A stretch of DNA of 64,000 bases. Origin: an uncultured delta proteobacterium. Its GTDB lineage: Bacteria > Desulfobacterota > WTBG01 > CAIYCZ01. The stretch lies in the NCBI GenBank assembly GCA_963803975.1, contig CAWDOY010000053.1:64001-128000 (forward strand). Direction: 5' to 3'. Position numbers and translations under genes: made by a program. The first letter of the stretch is position 1. Each line of letters starts with the position of its first letter. The notes under the pieces were generated by a model, which was given only the letters and a program-made list of their open reading frames with translations, ran no database searches and had not been told where the DNA came from. This document shows positions 33,339-43,745 of this stretch, piece after piece.

Positions 33339-34070
33339 ATGAAAGGAATCATTCTCGCTGGGGGACTGGGCACACGGATGTCGCCTTTGACCAGAATTAC
33401 CAATAAACATCTGCTGCCGGTATATGACAAACCCATGATTTATTATCCCATCCAGACGCTGGTGAATGCAGGGATCAGGGATATTCTCATTGTCACGGGC
33501 GGTAATAATGCAGGAGACTTCCTGCGGCTTCTGGGCAATGGTAAAAAAGATTTCGGCCTTGAGCATATCAACTACACCTATCAGGAGGGCGAGGGCGGCA
33601 TTGCTGAAGCACTCAGGCTTGCGGAGTTTTTTGCGGATCAGAACCCGATCTGTGTGGTGCTGGGGGATAACATTATTGAAAAAAATATTAACCAGGCAGT
33701 AAAGAACTTTGAAAAACAGAAATCAGGGGCCAAGATCCTTTTGCAGGAAGTTGCTGACCCGGAGCGTTTTGGTGTGCCCCGTCTGGACGGGGATAAGGTG
33801 GTGGAGATTATCGAGAAGCCTGAAGCGCCGCCTTCCCATTATGCGGTCATCGGCATTTACCTGTATGATAACAGCGTGTTTGATATTATAAAAACCCTGA
33901 AGCCTTCCGGCAGAGGTGAGCTTGAAATCACTGATGTCAATAACGCCTACATCGACCGCGGCAGCATGACCTATGAAATTCTTGACGGGTGGTGGACTGA
34001 TGCGGGAACCTTTGACTCCCTGCTCCGGGCAAGCAACCTGGTGGCAAAAACAGGAGCGAACAACAAGTAA
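33339..34070 (+). CDS. rfbA: Glucose-1-phosphate thymidylyltransferase (short form)
   Basis: MKGIILAGG.GTR.PLT, NKHLLPVYDKPMIYY, LGDN, PSGRGELEITDVN, WTDAGT. Confidence 0.9.
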   Translation: MKGIILAGGLGTRMSPLTRITNKHLLPVYDKPMIYYPIQTLVNAGIRDILIVTGGNNAGDFLRLLGNGKKDFGLEHINYTYQEGEGGIAEALRLAEFFADQNPICVVLGDNIIEKNINQAVKNFEKQKSGAKILLQEVADPERFGVPRLDGDKVVEIIEKPEAPPSHYAVIGIYLYDNSVFDIIKTLKPSGRGELEITDVNNAYIDRGSMTYEILDGWWTDAGTFDSLLRASNLVAKTGANNK

Positions 34071-34168
34071 CAGGGGTCCCGCGGCCAGGGGGTCGATGGT
34101 CCAGGTTAATGAATTCTAAAACACTGGCAAACCCCGAGCCCTCAAAACCTTCTATTGCTGGGAGAATC

Positions 34169-34332
34169 ATGCTTGACGGCGTAACGACCAGAAAAGCTGA
34201 GGGTAATTGCGGCGGAAGCTCCGGTCGTCAACTGTCCCCGCCGAGGCCTGCCGTCATCAAGGCCCGGATGAATACCGCGTCGACCCCCATGATCCGTTGA
34301 CCCCCTGTGACGGGACCCGGCAAGACGGATAA
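34169..34332 (+). pseudogene. rfbC: Internally deleted dTDP-4-dehydrorhamnose 3,5-epimerase-family gene remnant
   Basis: GGAG RBS, then MLDGVTTRK(L)RVIA, and terminal PDEYRVDPHD.....RQDG*; only 164 bp from start to stop; lies between rfbA and rfbB. Confidence 0.65.
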
Positions 34333-34364
34333 CAACTGACTAACCATTTGAGAGAGCTGCGCGT

Positions 34365-35390
34365 ATGAAAATTCTTATTACCGGTGGAGCGGGATTTATT
34401 GGTTCTAATTTTATTAGCTATATACTGAAAACACATCCTGACCACCGGGTTGTGAATCTTGATGCATTGACCTATGCCGGGAACCTGGAAAATCTGCGCA
34501 CTGTCGCTGAAGCTGAAGGCAGCGGCCCACACGCTCGCTATCAGTTCGTCAAAGGTGACATCAGGGATGTACAACTGGTTGACCGCATCGTTGCTGATGG
34601 CGTTGAAGCCATTATTAATTTCGCTGCCGAATCCCATGTTGACCGCAGCATAGACAACGCTGGTATTTTTATTGAAACCAATGTCCTGGGAACACAGGTG
34701 CTGCTTGATGCAGCGCTCCGGCACCAGGTGCAGCGCTATGTCCAGATTTCAACTGATGAGGTCTACGGGTCTCTGGGGCCGACCGGGAAATTCACCGAGT
34801 CAACACCCATTGCCCCCAACAGCCCTTATTCTGCGAGCAAGGCAGGCGCAGATCTGCTGGTACGCTCCTACTATGAAACATTTAAGCTGCCGGCCCTTAT
34901 TACCCGCTGTTCAAACAACTACGGTCCCTATCAGTTCCCGGAAAAACTTATTCCGCTCTTTATTACCAATGCGCTCAGCGACCAGCAGCTTCCCCTCTAT
35001 GGTGACGGGCTTAATGTGCGCGACTGGATTCATGTAGAAGACCACTGCGCGGCAATTGACTGCGTGCTGCATCGGGGAACCCCGGGCGAGGTCTATAATA
35101 TCGGCGGCAATTGCGAAAAGACCAACCGTGAAATTACCCGCATCATCCTGCAGGAGCTTGACAAGCCCGAGTCATTGATCCGTTTTGTTAAAGACCGTCC
35201 GGGCCATGACCGCCGCTATGCCATTGATTGTACCAAAATCATGCAGGAGCTGGGGTGGGCACAGAACTATAATTTCCAGACCGGCATGCAGGAGACCGTT
35301 ACCTGGTATAACCATAATCGCGAGTGGTGGACCAGAGTTAAGAGCGGGGAGTACCGGGACTTTTACCAGCGCTGGTATGGAAACCGGTAA
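34365..35390 (+). CDS. rfbB: dTDP-glucose 4,6-dehydratase
   Basis: TGGAGFIGSNF, LTYAGN, FAAESHVDRSI, STDEVYG, SPYSASKA, DRPGHDRRYAID. Confidence 0.96.
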   Translation: MKILITGGAGFIGSNFISYILKTHPDHRVVNLDALTYAGNLENLRTVAEAEGSGPHARYQFVKGDIRDVQLVDRIVADGVEAIINFAAESHVDRSIDNAGIFIETNVLGTQVLLDAALRHQVQRYVQISTDEVYGSLGPTGKFTESTPIAPNSPYSASKAGADLLVRSYYETFKLPALITRCSNNYGPYQFPEKLIPLFITNALSDQQLPLYGDGLNVRDWIHVEDHCAAIDCVLHRGTPGEVYNIGGNCEKTNREITRIILQELDKPESLIRFVKDRPGHDRRYAIDCTKIMQELGWAQNYNFQTGMQETVTWYNHNREWWTRVKSGEYRDFYQRWYGNR

Positions 35391-35483
35391 TTGGATGCGA
35401 ATAGCAGCCCGGTGATTCATGCGACGTATTGCCTGTTCACTTCTCACCCCTTTCTTGAACATTGACCCATTGCACAACGATGT

Positions 35484-36338
35484 ATGTCTAAAAAAATTTT
35501 ACTGACTGGCGCCGGCGGCATGCTGGCACAGGATGCCGTGGCGGTATTACAACCCTGTTTTGAAGTCATCCCCAGGCGGGAGAAGGAGCTTGACATCTGT
35601 AATTCTGAAGCAGTACATGCTGCCGTGTGCAGCCTCAAGCCCGATGTGGTGGTAAACTGTGCCGCCTATACCCTGGTGGATGCCTGTGAAACAGAACAGG
35701 AAAAGGCTTTCGCGGTCAATGCTATTGGCGTAAAAAATCTTGCACTGGCGTGCCGTCAGGCAGGAAGCCTGCTCGTGCATATCAGTACTGACTATGTTTT
35801 TGACGGAACAAAACAAACGCCGTACACGGAAACCGATATCCCTCATCCGCTGTCTGTATACGGGCAGTCAAAGCGTGCCGGGGAACAATATGTGCAGGAA
35901 ATTTTAGAACAGTATGTCATTATACGAAGCTCCTGGCTCTACGGCAGAGGCGGCAATAATTTTATCACAACCATTTTACGGCTGGCACAAGACAAAAAAG
36001 AGTTAAATGTGGTACATGATCAGCGCGGAAGTCCCACCTGGACCCGGGACCTTTCACGGGCTCTTAAAGCGCTGCTTGATAGTAACGCGCGCGGCATGTA
36101 TCATGTGTGTAACCAGGGGAACTGTACGTGGTATGAATATGCACTCAGGATAGTGGAGCGCGCAGGCCTTGGGGTAACGGTGTGCCCCATGACGACCGAT
36201 CAACTGCAGAGGCCGGCCCCGCGGCCGTCCTATTCAGTGTTGGATTGCAGCAGGTTTGTCCGTGAAACAGGTATGGCACTGCGGCACTGGGATACGGCGC
36301 TCGAAGAGTATATGCAGGGAGAACTACAGGAGGTTTAA
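35484..36338 (+). CDS. rfbD: dTDP-4-dehydrorhamnose reductase
   Basis: GAGGML, NCAAYT.VD, HISTDYVFDG, VYGQSKRAGE, DQRGSPT, RPAPRP.YSVL. Confidence 0.94.
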   Translation: MSKKILLTGAGGMLAQDAVAVLQPCFEVIPRREKELDICNSEAVHAAVCSLKPDVVVNCAAYTLVDACETEQEKAFAVNAIGVKNLALACRQAGSLLVHISTDYVFDGTKQTPYTETDIPHPLSVYGQSKRAGEQYVQEILEQYVIIRSSWLYGRGGNNFITTILRLAQDKKELNVVHDQRGSPTWTRDLSRALKALLDSNARGMYHVCNQGNCTWYEYALRIVERAGLGVTVCPMTTDQLQRPAPRPSYSVLDCSRFVRETGMALRHWDTALEEYMQGELQEV

Positions 36339-37644
36339 ATGAATATCTGTATGATAGGCACCGGCTATGTGGGCCTTGTCACCGGAACATGTTTTTCAGA
36401 AACAGGCAATGATGTCACCTGTGTGGATATTGACCGCGAAAAGATTGCACTGCTCAATCAGGGCAAGGTTCCCATCTATGAACCGGGGCTGGATGAGATG
36501 ATACGCCGCAACGTCGCTGAAGGCCGTCTTTTGTTTACCACTGATATTGGCAAAGCAGTGCAGGGAGCGCTCTTCATTTTTATTGCCGTGGGTACGCCTT
36601 CCGCGGATGATGGTTCTGCTGATCTGAGTTCGGTGTGGGCGGTTGCCCGTGAGATCGGGAAGAATATGAACGGCTATAAGATAGTGGTGACCAAAAGCAC
36701 GGTGCCGGTTGGAACGACGGAACGGGTAAAGGCGATTATAGCCGGGGAAACCAATCAGACCTTTGACGTTGCCTCTAACCCGGAGTTCCTGAAAGAAGGC
36801 GCGGCTATTGACGATTTCATGAAGCCGGACCGGGTTGTTTGCGGTACTGAAGGCCCGCGCGTTGCTGAACTCATGCAAGAGCTGTATGCGCCGTTTGTCA
36901 GGACCGGGAACCCGGTCCTGATCATGGATATACGCAGTTCCGAACTTACCAAATATGCAGCCAATGCCATGCTCGCCACCCGCATTTCATTCATGAACGA
37001 AATGGCCAACCTGTGTGAGAAACTCGGAGCAGATGTTAATCTGGTGCGCCGGGGCATGGGCTCTGATCCGCGCATTGGATCATCATTTCTGTTCCCCGGC
37101 GTGGGCTATGGGGGATCGTGTTTCCCCAAGGATGTCAAGGCCATCATAAAATTTGGCCTGGAAGCCGGCTATGACATGAAAATACTGCCTATGGTTGAAG
37201 AAGTGAATATGCTGCAAAAACGCCTGCTGGCTGACAAGGTGATTGCCTATTTCAAAGGGAATGTGAAGGGTAGAAAGATTGCCCTGTGGGGCCTTTCATT
37301 CAAGCCCAAGACTGATGATATGCGTGATGCGCCATCCCTCGTGATAATAGAGCGATTGCTTGAGGCTGGAGCAGTCATCGAGGCATTTGATCCGGTGGCG
37401 ACACATGAGACGACAGAAGATTATTGGCGACCGGATCGGATACGGCATAAAAAATCAGGATGTTCTGAAAGACGCAGAGGCGCTGCTGGTAATAACTGAG
37501 TGGAATGAATTCCGCGAGCCGGACTTTGACAAAATTCGAGCCCTCATGAAAAGCCCTGTTATTTTTGACGGGCGCAATATTTATGATGGTAAAAAGCTTC
37601 AGGAAAAGGGTTTTCAGTATTTTGGACTAGGCATAAAACAGTAA
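36339..37644 (+). CDS. ugd: UDP-glucose 6-dehydrogenase (frameshift near 37.4 kb)
   Basis: GTGYVGL, AVGTP, KSTVPVGT, SNPEFLKEG, GYGGSCFPKD; TEW.EF..DGRNI in a second frame. Confidence 0.93.
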
Positions 37645-37665
37645 CTGAAGAGGAGAAAATATACA

Positions 37666-38604
37666 ATGCGTACCATGGTAACTGGCGGTGCAGGATTTCT
37701 GGGCAGTCACCTCTGTGACCGGCTCATCAAAGAAGGCCATGAAGTGATCTGCATGGACAATCTCATCACCGGTGATACGGATAACATTGCTCACCTGTTG
37801 GGTAATCCAAAATTTAAGTTTATAAAACATGATGTCACCGAATATATCTTTATTGAAGGCCCGATAGATAATATACTGCACTTTGCCTCACCCGCCAGTC
37901 CCATAGACTACCTGGAACTGCCGATACAGACCTTAAAGGTCGGGTCTCTCGGTACGCACAAGGCACTGGGTCTGGCTAAAGAAAAACAGGCACGGTTTCT
38001 CCTGGCCTCTACCTCTGAAGTGTACGGTGACCCCCTGATTCATCCGCAGCCGGAAGACTACTATGGTAATGTGAACCCGATTGGCCCGCGGGGCGTGTAT
38101 GATGAGGCAAAGCGTTTTGCCGAAGCATTGACCATGGCCTACCACCGCTATCATGGTGTTGCTACGCGCATTGTGAGGATTTTTAATACCTATGGTCCGC
38201 GCATGCGGCTGAACGATGGCAGGGTGGTGCCGACCTTTCTCTATCAGGCACTCAAGGGGGAAGATCTGACTATATTTGGTGATGGCTCTCAGACCAGAAG
38301 TTTTTGCTATGTGTCGGATCTGATAGAAGGGATTTGCCGGCTGCTGTTTTCTGCAATCAATGAGCCGGTCAATATTGGCAATCCCCATGAAATGACTATT
38401 ATAGAATTTGCCCGGAAGATAGATGCGCTTGCCGGCGGTACTGGAAACATTGTGTTCAAACCACTTCCCCAGGATGACCCGAAGGTGAGGCAGCCGGACA
38501 TTACCAGGGCCAGAGAATTACTGGGCTGGGCCCCCGCTGTTCAGCTTGATGAAGGGATACGGGAGACATTGAACTTTTATAAGAAAAAGCTTAATATAAA
38601 ATAG
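37666..38604 (+). CDS. UDP-glucuronic acid decarboxylase (UDP-xylose synthase family)
   Basis: [56 protein letters not shown]. Confidence 0.92.
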   Translation: MRTMVTGGAGFLGSHLCDRLIKEGHEVICMDNLITGDTDNIAHLLGNPKFKFIKHDVTEYIFIEGPIDNILHFASPASPIDYLELPIQTLKVGSLGTHKALGLAKEKQARFLLASTSEVYGDPLIHPQPEDYYGNVNPIGPRGVYDEAKRFAEALTMAYHRYHGVATRIVRIFNTYGPRMRLNDGRVVPTFLYQALKGEDLTIFGDGSQTRSFCYVSDLIEGICRLLFSAINEPVNIGNPHEMTIIEFARKIDALAGGTGNIVFKPLPQDDPKVRQPDITRARELLGWAPAVQLDEGIRETLNFYKKKLNIK

Positions 38605-38895
38605 GGCCCCTGTTTTAACCTGGCTATTGTTTTCACCTGGTGAAAGATTGTGTAACCTTGGCAGCGTGTGCGTGTTTTAATTTCTACATGCAGCGCCGTT
38701 TCCGCGCCCATTCAGGAATAGAATGTCAGGTGGTTACTATAAGCCGGCGGGAGAATGTTTTGGCGCAAACGAGCCGGTGCTGACGTAATGCCAGATAGTA
38801 TTATCCGCTGCCTGTCGCACCGTAACCCATCCTAACCCTTTAATATGCTTAATGAACTTTATTGACTGCCAGCAAATCAGCAACAACCTAAAGCT

Positions 38896-38911
38896 TGGCA
38901 TTGTGCTTGCA
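38896..38911 (+). promoter_or_regulatory. Sigma54 (-24/-12) promoter
   Basis: TGGCAT-TGTGC-TTGCA, matching TGGCAC-N5-TTGCW, ~50 bp before ORF 38963. Confidence 0.75.
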
Positions 38912-38962
38912 AACTTACTGTAAAATGATTTATAATCATAATTATTAATCTGAAGGCATATA

Positions 38963-39295
38963 ATGGAACAAGGCAACTACAGCCCTCGTTTGACTTTTAT
39001 TATACTTATTGCTCTTATTATAGGGCAGGTATTCATTTTCAATTATTTGAAAAATGATTTTGACAAGCAGATAACAGCATGCTACGAGGCAATTAATACC
39101 AGCAGCATCATTCAGGGTGCATTGGTAAATATACTGGTCAAAAAAAATATTATTAACCGCGATGAGCTTATGAAGGAAGCAGGCAATCTTTCGACTAATC
39201 TTCAGGCATTGATGGAAAAGATGAAGGATGCAAAAACCCCGGATAAGGGTTTGGTAAAGGATGATAAAGAACAACCGGAAAAAGCTGTTAAATAA
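38963..39295 (+). CDS. Hypothetical protein with N-terminal TM helix
   Basis: Hydrophobic LTFIILIALIIGQVFIF followed by a helical segment. Confidence 0.7.
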   Translation: MEQGNYSPRLTFIILIALIIGQVFIFNYLKNDFDKQITACYEAINTSSIIQGALVNILVKKNIINRDELMKEAGNLSTNLQALMEKMKDAKTPDKGLVKDDKEQPEKAVK

Positions 39296-39309
39296 ATAAG
39301 GAGGTATGT

Positions 39310-39738
39310 ATGAACAAAAAAAGAATGTCGATTACGCTGTGCGGTATGCTTCTCGTGAGTGGCTTATTCATAAGCACTGCCCGCGCTGAAAACAGTATCG
39401 GAACAAATAATGTTACCGGCAATGAATATGTCTGCTTCTTCGCCAGCTCAGTTGATATTTTCAGCTCACAGGTTGCATTCAGCGAAACCGGCGGTCTTAC
39501 GATTTCCAGCTTCGGCGGCTACGGATTTTACATCACGGTCACCAACCTGTTTACCGGCGCGTATATATCGCTGAATGCCCGTATTGGAACCCGCACCGGG
39601 GACATTATTATGCTGCTGGTCGGCTCCACGTTTGAACCAACGCCGTTTATTGCAGGAACCGGCATTATACTCCTGGAATATTCTGAAATTATCCCGCTTG
39701 TTTTTACCGGCTTTGCAACCGAACAGACGACGGAATAA
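39310..39738 (+). CDS. Hypothetical secreted protein
   Basis: Strong RBS AAGGAGG; signal peptide ending ARA; beta-rich mature part. Confidence 0.75.
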   Translation: MNKKRMSITLCGMLLVSGLFISTARAENSIGTNNVTGNEYVCFFASSVDIFSSQVAFSETGGLTISSFGGYGFYITVTNLFTGAYISLNARIGTRTGDIIMLLVGSTFEPTPFIAGTGIILLEYSEIIPLVFTGFATEQTTE

Positions 39739-39808
39739 AGCGGGAGTTTTAACGGAAAATAAAAAAAATAATAGACAGACTGCGATGCATAGTGTAATCT
39801 TAAAACTT

Positions 39809-39886
39809 CGGGGAGTAGCGCAGTCTGGTTAGCGCGCATGCTTCGGGAGCATGAGGTCGGGGGTTCAAATCCCCCCTTCCCGACCA
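39809..39886 (+). tRNA. tRNA-Pro (CGG)
   Basis: Cloverleaf: acceptor CGGGGAG/CTTCCCG, anticodon arm CATGC-TTCGGGA-GCATG, T arm GGGGG-TTCAAAT-CCCCC, 3' CCA. Confidence 0.97.
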
Positions 39887-39938
39887 GGAATATAAGTTTA
39901 TTCAGTAAATTTTACTAGCTGGAATCCACAAGAAATCA

Positions 39939-39981
39939 TAAGAGCAGTGCTGATTTGAATCGGTGTTGCTCTTATTTTTTT
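39939..39981 (+). terminator. Intrinsic terminator after the tRNA
   Basis: TAAGAGCAGTGCTGATT ... AATCGGTGTTGCTCTTA followed by a T-run. Confidence 0.65.
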
Positions 39982-39983
39982 GC

Positions 39984-40130
39984 TCATCTCCCGAACCTCT
40001 CCCGCATTGCCTTCATTTTATTTATGTGGGTATATCTCTTTGTAGTCTGTACTTACTTGTGCCCCATCATGCTGCCCACTAAATCAATCGGTATCCCTTC
40101 CCCAACTGATTGAGTCGCAAAAGAATGACG
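39984..40130 (-). pseudogene. C-terminal fragment of a tyrosine recombinase/integrase
   Basis: Minus-strand translation RHSFATQSVGEGIPIDLVGSMMGHK*VQTTKRYTH contains the RH..AT, MGH and catalytic Tyr motifs, with one internal stop. Confidence 0.8.
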
Positions 40131-40358
40131 GCTTCTTTGCTTAATGCCCGTGCACCTTTCATAACGCTCTTTTCTTCTGTAACTATTTGTTTGACATTAT
40201 TTTGCCTGACGATATAAAATTTTAAATTCATGCTATAGTCTATTTAATGATATATTATGTATATCAAATGATAAACAATACTTAACATAAATATAATTCT
40301 TTAAGCACATTTTATGAGAAAGTAACCAGGCCAGGAAAAGCAAGATAAAAATAATAAA

Positions 40359-40532
40359 ATGATAGCGGTGAGAATGAGTCCCAGGGCTTTACAGTTATTA
40401 GGGGAATTTACAGAGCGGTACCACGGTATGTCGCAAGCGGGGATACGGGAAATGGGATTAATTCATTTTAAAAAGGCTTCGGATGAAGAATTGAAGGAAT
40501 TGGTTTTTGAGTTTATAAAGGGATCAAAGTAA
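40359..40532 (+). CDS. Small ribbon-helix-helix-like DNA-binding protein (57 aa)
   Basis: MIAVRMSPRALQLLGEFTERYHGMSQAGIREMGL shows an alternating beta strand, helix, G.S turn and helix; below the ORF-track cutoff. Confidence 0.45.
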   Translation: MIAVRMSPRALQLLGEFTERYHGMSQAGIREMGLIHFKKASDEELKELVFEFIKGSK

Positions 40533-40578
40533 TAACAAATTTTACAGGCAAGACGTATAGCCTATTAAGGGGTGTTTT

Positions 40579-42788
40579 ATGAGAAAACCGCGCATGCCTT
40601 CTTATAAATCAAGTTTTATAATCGCCCTTCTATTCTTCTCTTTTTTCAATACCGCCAAGGCCCTTGCAGAAGATAATCAATTCAAGGTGCAGGATGAGAG
40701 CATCTGCAAAATAACCCGCGTTCTATCTGAAGATGTAGCCTCTGATCTTATAAAAATGCAGGCAGATACTGGTAATAAAAAGTCGATTTCTCACCATTAA
40801 CAAAGCTGTACCTGATGTGAGAGATAAGGTTGTAGTAATCGGCAGCCCTAATGGGCTTGCAGGTATGGTTTTAGACAACGCAGTATCTGCAGCAAATGAT
40901 CTCCCGGGCTTTGGCAGCATCATACAGACTACGGCCCCTGTTTCCCCCGGCTCAAGCGCCAGTCCGGTGTTGAATATGAAGGGTGAAGTAGTGGGCGTGT
41001 CAATCGCGCAGATGCGGGAAGGACAGAATCTGAATGTTATAGTGCCCGCGGCGAAAAACGATGGACTAAAGGAGAAAAAGCAGGCCACAGCAATTAGCAC
41101 AAAGAAAAAGGCTGAAACACAGACTGCTGATATCTATTCAACGGCATTATTTTATTACGTTAAAGAAAATTACCAGAAAGCGCTGTCTTTATTCAATCAG
41201 TATCTTCAAACCCATACTAATTCTGCTGATGCGTGGTTTTATGCTGGTATCTGCTACGCCAAATCAGGTAGGCATCAGGAAGCAATCCAGGCTTTCAAGG
41301 AGGCCATCAGGCTGAAGCCGGATTATATTGATGCGCACTACAACCTGGGGGCTGAGTACAGTAACTTAGACCGTAATCAGGAAGCAATCCAGGCTTATAA
41401 GGAGGCTATCAGGCTGAAGCCGGATGATGCTATGGCACACAACAACCTGGGGGTTGAGTGCGGTGAATCAGGGAGTTATCAGGAAGCAATAGAGGCTTAT
41501 AAGGAGGCCATCAGGCTGAAGCCGGATTATGCGATGGCGCACTATAATCTGGGAATTGCGTACGCCAACTCAGGCAGTTATCAGGAAGCAATCGAGGCTT
41601 ATAAGGAGGCTATCAGGCTGAAGCCGGATTTTGTTGAGGCACACTACAACCTGGGAATTGCGTACGCCAAATCAGGCAGGCATCAGGAAGCAATAGAGTC
41701 TTATAAGGAGGCCATCAGGCTGAAGCCGGATTTTGTTGAGGCACACTACAACCTGGGGATTGCGTACGCCAAATCAGGTAGTCATCAGGAAGCAATCCAG
41801 GCTTTTAAGGAGGCCATCAGGCTGAAGCCGGATTATATTGATGCGCACTACAATCTGGGGGCTGAGTACAGTAACTTAGACCGTAATCAGGAAGCAATCG
41901 CGGCTTATAAGGAGGCTATCAGGCTGAAGCCGGATGATGCTATGGCGCACAACAACCTGGGGGTTACGTACGGTAAGTTAGGCAGTTATCAGGAAGCAAT
42001 CGAGGCTTATAAGGAGGCCATCAGGCTGAAGCCGGATGATGCTATGGCACACAACAACCTGGGGGTTATGTGCGGTAAGTTAGGCCGCTATCAGGAAGCA
42101 ATAGAGGCTTATAAGGAGGCCATCAGGCTGAAGCCGGATTATGCTGAGGCGCACAACAACCAGGGGACTGCTTACGACGATTTAGGCCGTTATCAGGAAG
42201 CAATCGCGGCTTATAGGGAGGCTATCAGGCTGAAGCCGGATGATGCTATGGCACATAACAACCTGGGGGTTACGTACGGTAAGTTAGGCCGTTATCAGGA
42301 AGCAATCGAGGCTTACAAACAGGCTATCAGGCTGAAGCCGGATTATGCGATGGCGCACTACAACCTGGGAATTGCGTACGCCAACTCAGGGAGTTATCAG
42401 GAAGCAATCCAGGCTTACAAGGAGGCCATCAGGCTGAAGCCGGATTATGCGATGGCGCACTACAACCTGGGAATTGCGTACGCCAACTCAGGGAGTTATC
42501 AGGAAGCAATAGAGGCTTGCAAGGAGGCCATCAGGCTGAAGCCGGATTATGCTGAGGCGCACAACAACATGGGGACTGCTTACGACGATTCAGGCCGTTA
42601 TCAGGAAGCAATCGCAGGCTTACAAACAGGCTATCAGGCTGAAGCCGGATGATGCGATAGCACACTACAACCTGGGGGTTGCATATTTAAAAATAAGTGA
42701 TAAGGGTCGTGCTCTTGAAGAATACAGGATTTTAAAAAATCTCGATGCCGAGCAGGCAAAGAAATTATTTAATTTCATCAATAAGTAG
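40579..42788 (+). CDS. Secreted protein: degenerate trypsin-like domain + TPR array (frameshifts near 40.79 kb and 42.61 kb)
   Basis: Signal peptide (..AKALA), SEDVASDL, VVVIGSP.GL, IQTTAPVSPGSSASPVLNMKGEVVGV, then 34-aa TPRs; C-terminus in ORF 42549-42788. Confidence 0.85.
41225..42685 (+). repeat. 14 near-identical 102-bp TPR-coding repeats plus a capping repeat
   Basis: Invariant DNA blocks ATCAGGAAGCAAT and ATCAGGCTGAAGCCGGAT recur every 102 bp. Confidence 0.95.
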
Positions 42789-42796
42789 GTTTAATG

Positions 42797-43323
42797 TTAG
42801 GTGGCACAGATGAATCGGGCGACGATACTTCAAGGCTTAGCGGACCTGGTCCTTCTGTTGCATGTGCTATTCGTTGTGTTCGTGGTTGGTGGTCTTTTCC
42901 TGATTTTTCTTGGCGGAGTGCGTAAATGGCGTTGGGTGCGCAAGCCATGGTTCCGTCTTGCGCATATTCTGGCGATAGGTGTCGTTGTCGTCCAATCATG
43001 GTTCGCCGTCATATGCCCGCTCACAACGACTCGAAAACGCCTTGCGGGCGCAAGCCGGTGGCACGGTGTACGAAGGCAGCTTTATTGCGCATTGGTTGCA
43101 GGCCATTCTCTACTACAACGCGCCGGCTTGGGCGTTTGCCGTCTGTTACACGGTTTTTGGGGCGCTGGTATTAGCAAGCTGGGCTATAGTCCGGCCCATG
43201 CCCTTCAGCAAGCGAAATAGTTTCAATGCCACCTAACCCGGCGTTCACACGGACAGGCTTACCCGTCACGCCTGTTGCGGGTCAAAGGTCGCGCCGGGTT
43301 GGCGCCTGCCGCTTAACTCCACG
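42797..43323 (+). mobile_element. Solo integron gene cassette
   Basis: Starts at G|TTAGGTGGCA (42796); contains one promoterless ORF whose stop lies in TGCCACCTAAC (the exact reverse complement); followed by an attC ending at G|TT. Confidence 0.8.
42810..43236 (+). CDS. DUF2784 family membrane protein (frameshifted)
   Basis: LADLVLLLH.LFV.FVV.G, FRLAH, CPLT.LE..LR..AG..Y..SFIAHWL..LYY. Confidence 0.85.
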
Positions 43324-43329
43324 TTTATA
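43231..43329 (+). other. attC recombination site
   Basis: R'' ACCTAAC, 5-nt spacer, L'' GTTCACAC, GGACAGGC...GCCTGCC stem, L' GCTTAAC, 5-nt spacer, R' GTT. Confidence 0.8.
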
Positions 43330-43745
43330 TGTATACGTGGGGAAGTCAGATTAAATCTCAGGGTTTAAACTAATGGAGGGCCATTTTTATAGAGTGACGA
43401 AACACAAAATTGAAAATACAATTTATGACGGCATTGAAGCCATACGGCCTTGCCGGACAAGTAAGGAGCGTATTTTTCTTTTTGCGTGAAGGGAATATTT
43501 TTAATGAAATGTACTGCCGGCAGATGGTAAGTTTTTGCTGAGAGGGGTTACGGAATCTGGTTTCTTCACGAGAGTTTGAAAAAAAGAGTGAATTACTTCG
43601 CAGCAGAGCTGCGAGGCATAAAAAATTAAAAGACAACTGCTTTATTATTCTCTTTTGGTTTCAGTATTAGGCTTTGTGTCCGCGTTCCAGCGCTAAATTA
43701 GTCATTTGGGCAACAGCCCGTCAAGCCCTGACCCTTTGCTTTCCT

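Noticed and set aside
42610..42620. Real truncation of the TPR protein at ATCGCAGGCT
   Set aside because: It looks like a merge of the two repeat alleles ATCGAGGCT and ATCGCGGCT, typical of a consensus artefact; the reading frame resumes intact.
41225..42685. CRISPR array or diversity-generating retroelement
   Set aside because: The period is exactly 102 bp and in frame with a TPR protein; the variable parts recur rather than being unique spacers; no cas or reverse transcriptase gene is present, and variation is not adenine-specific.
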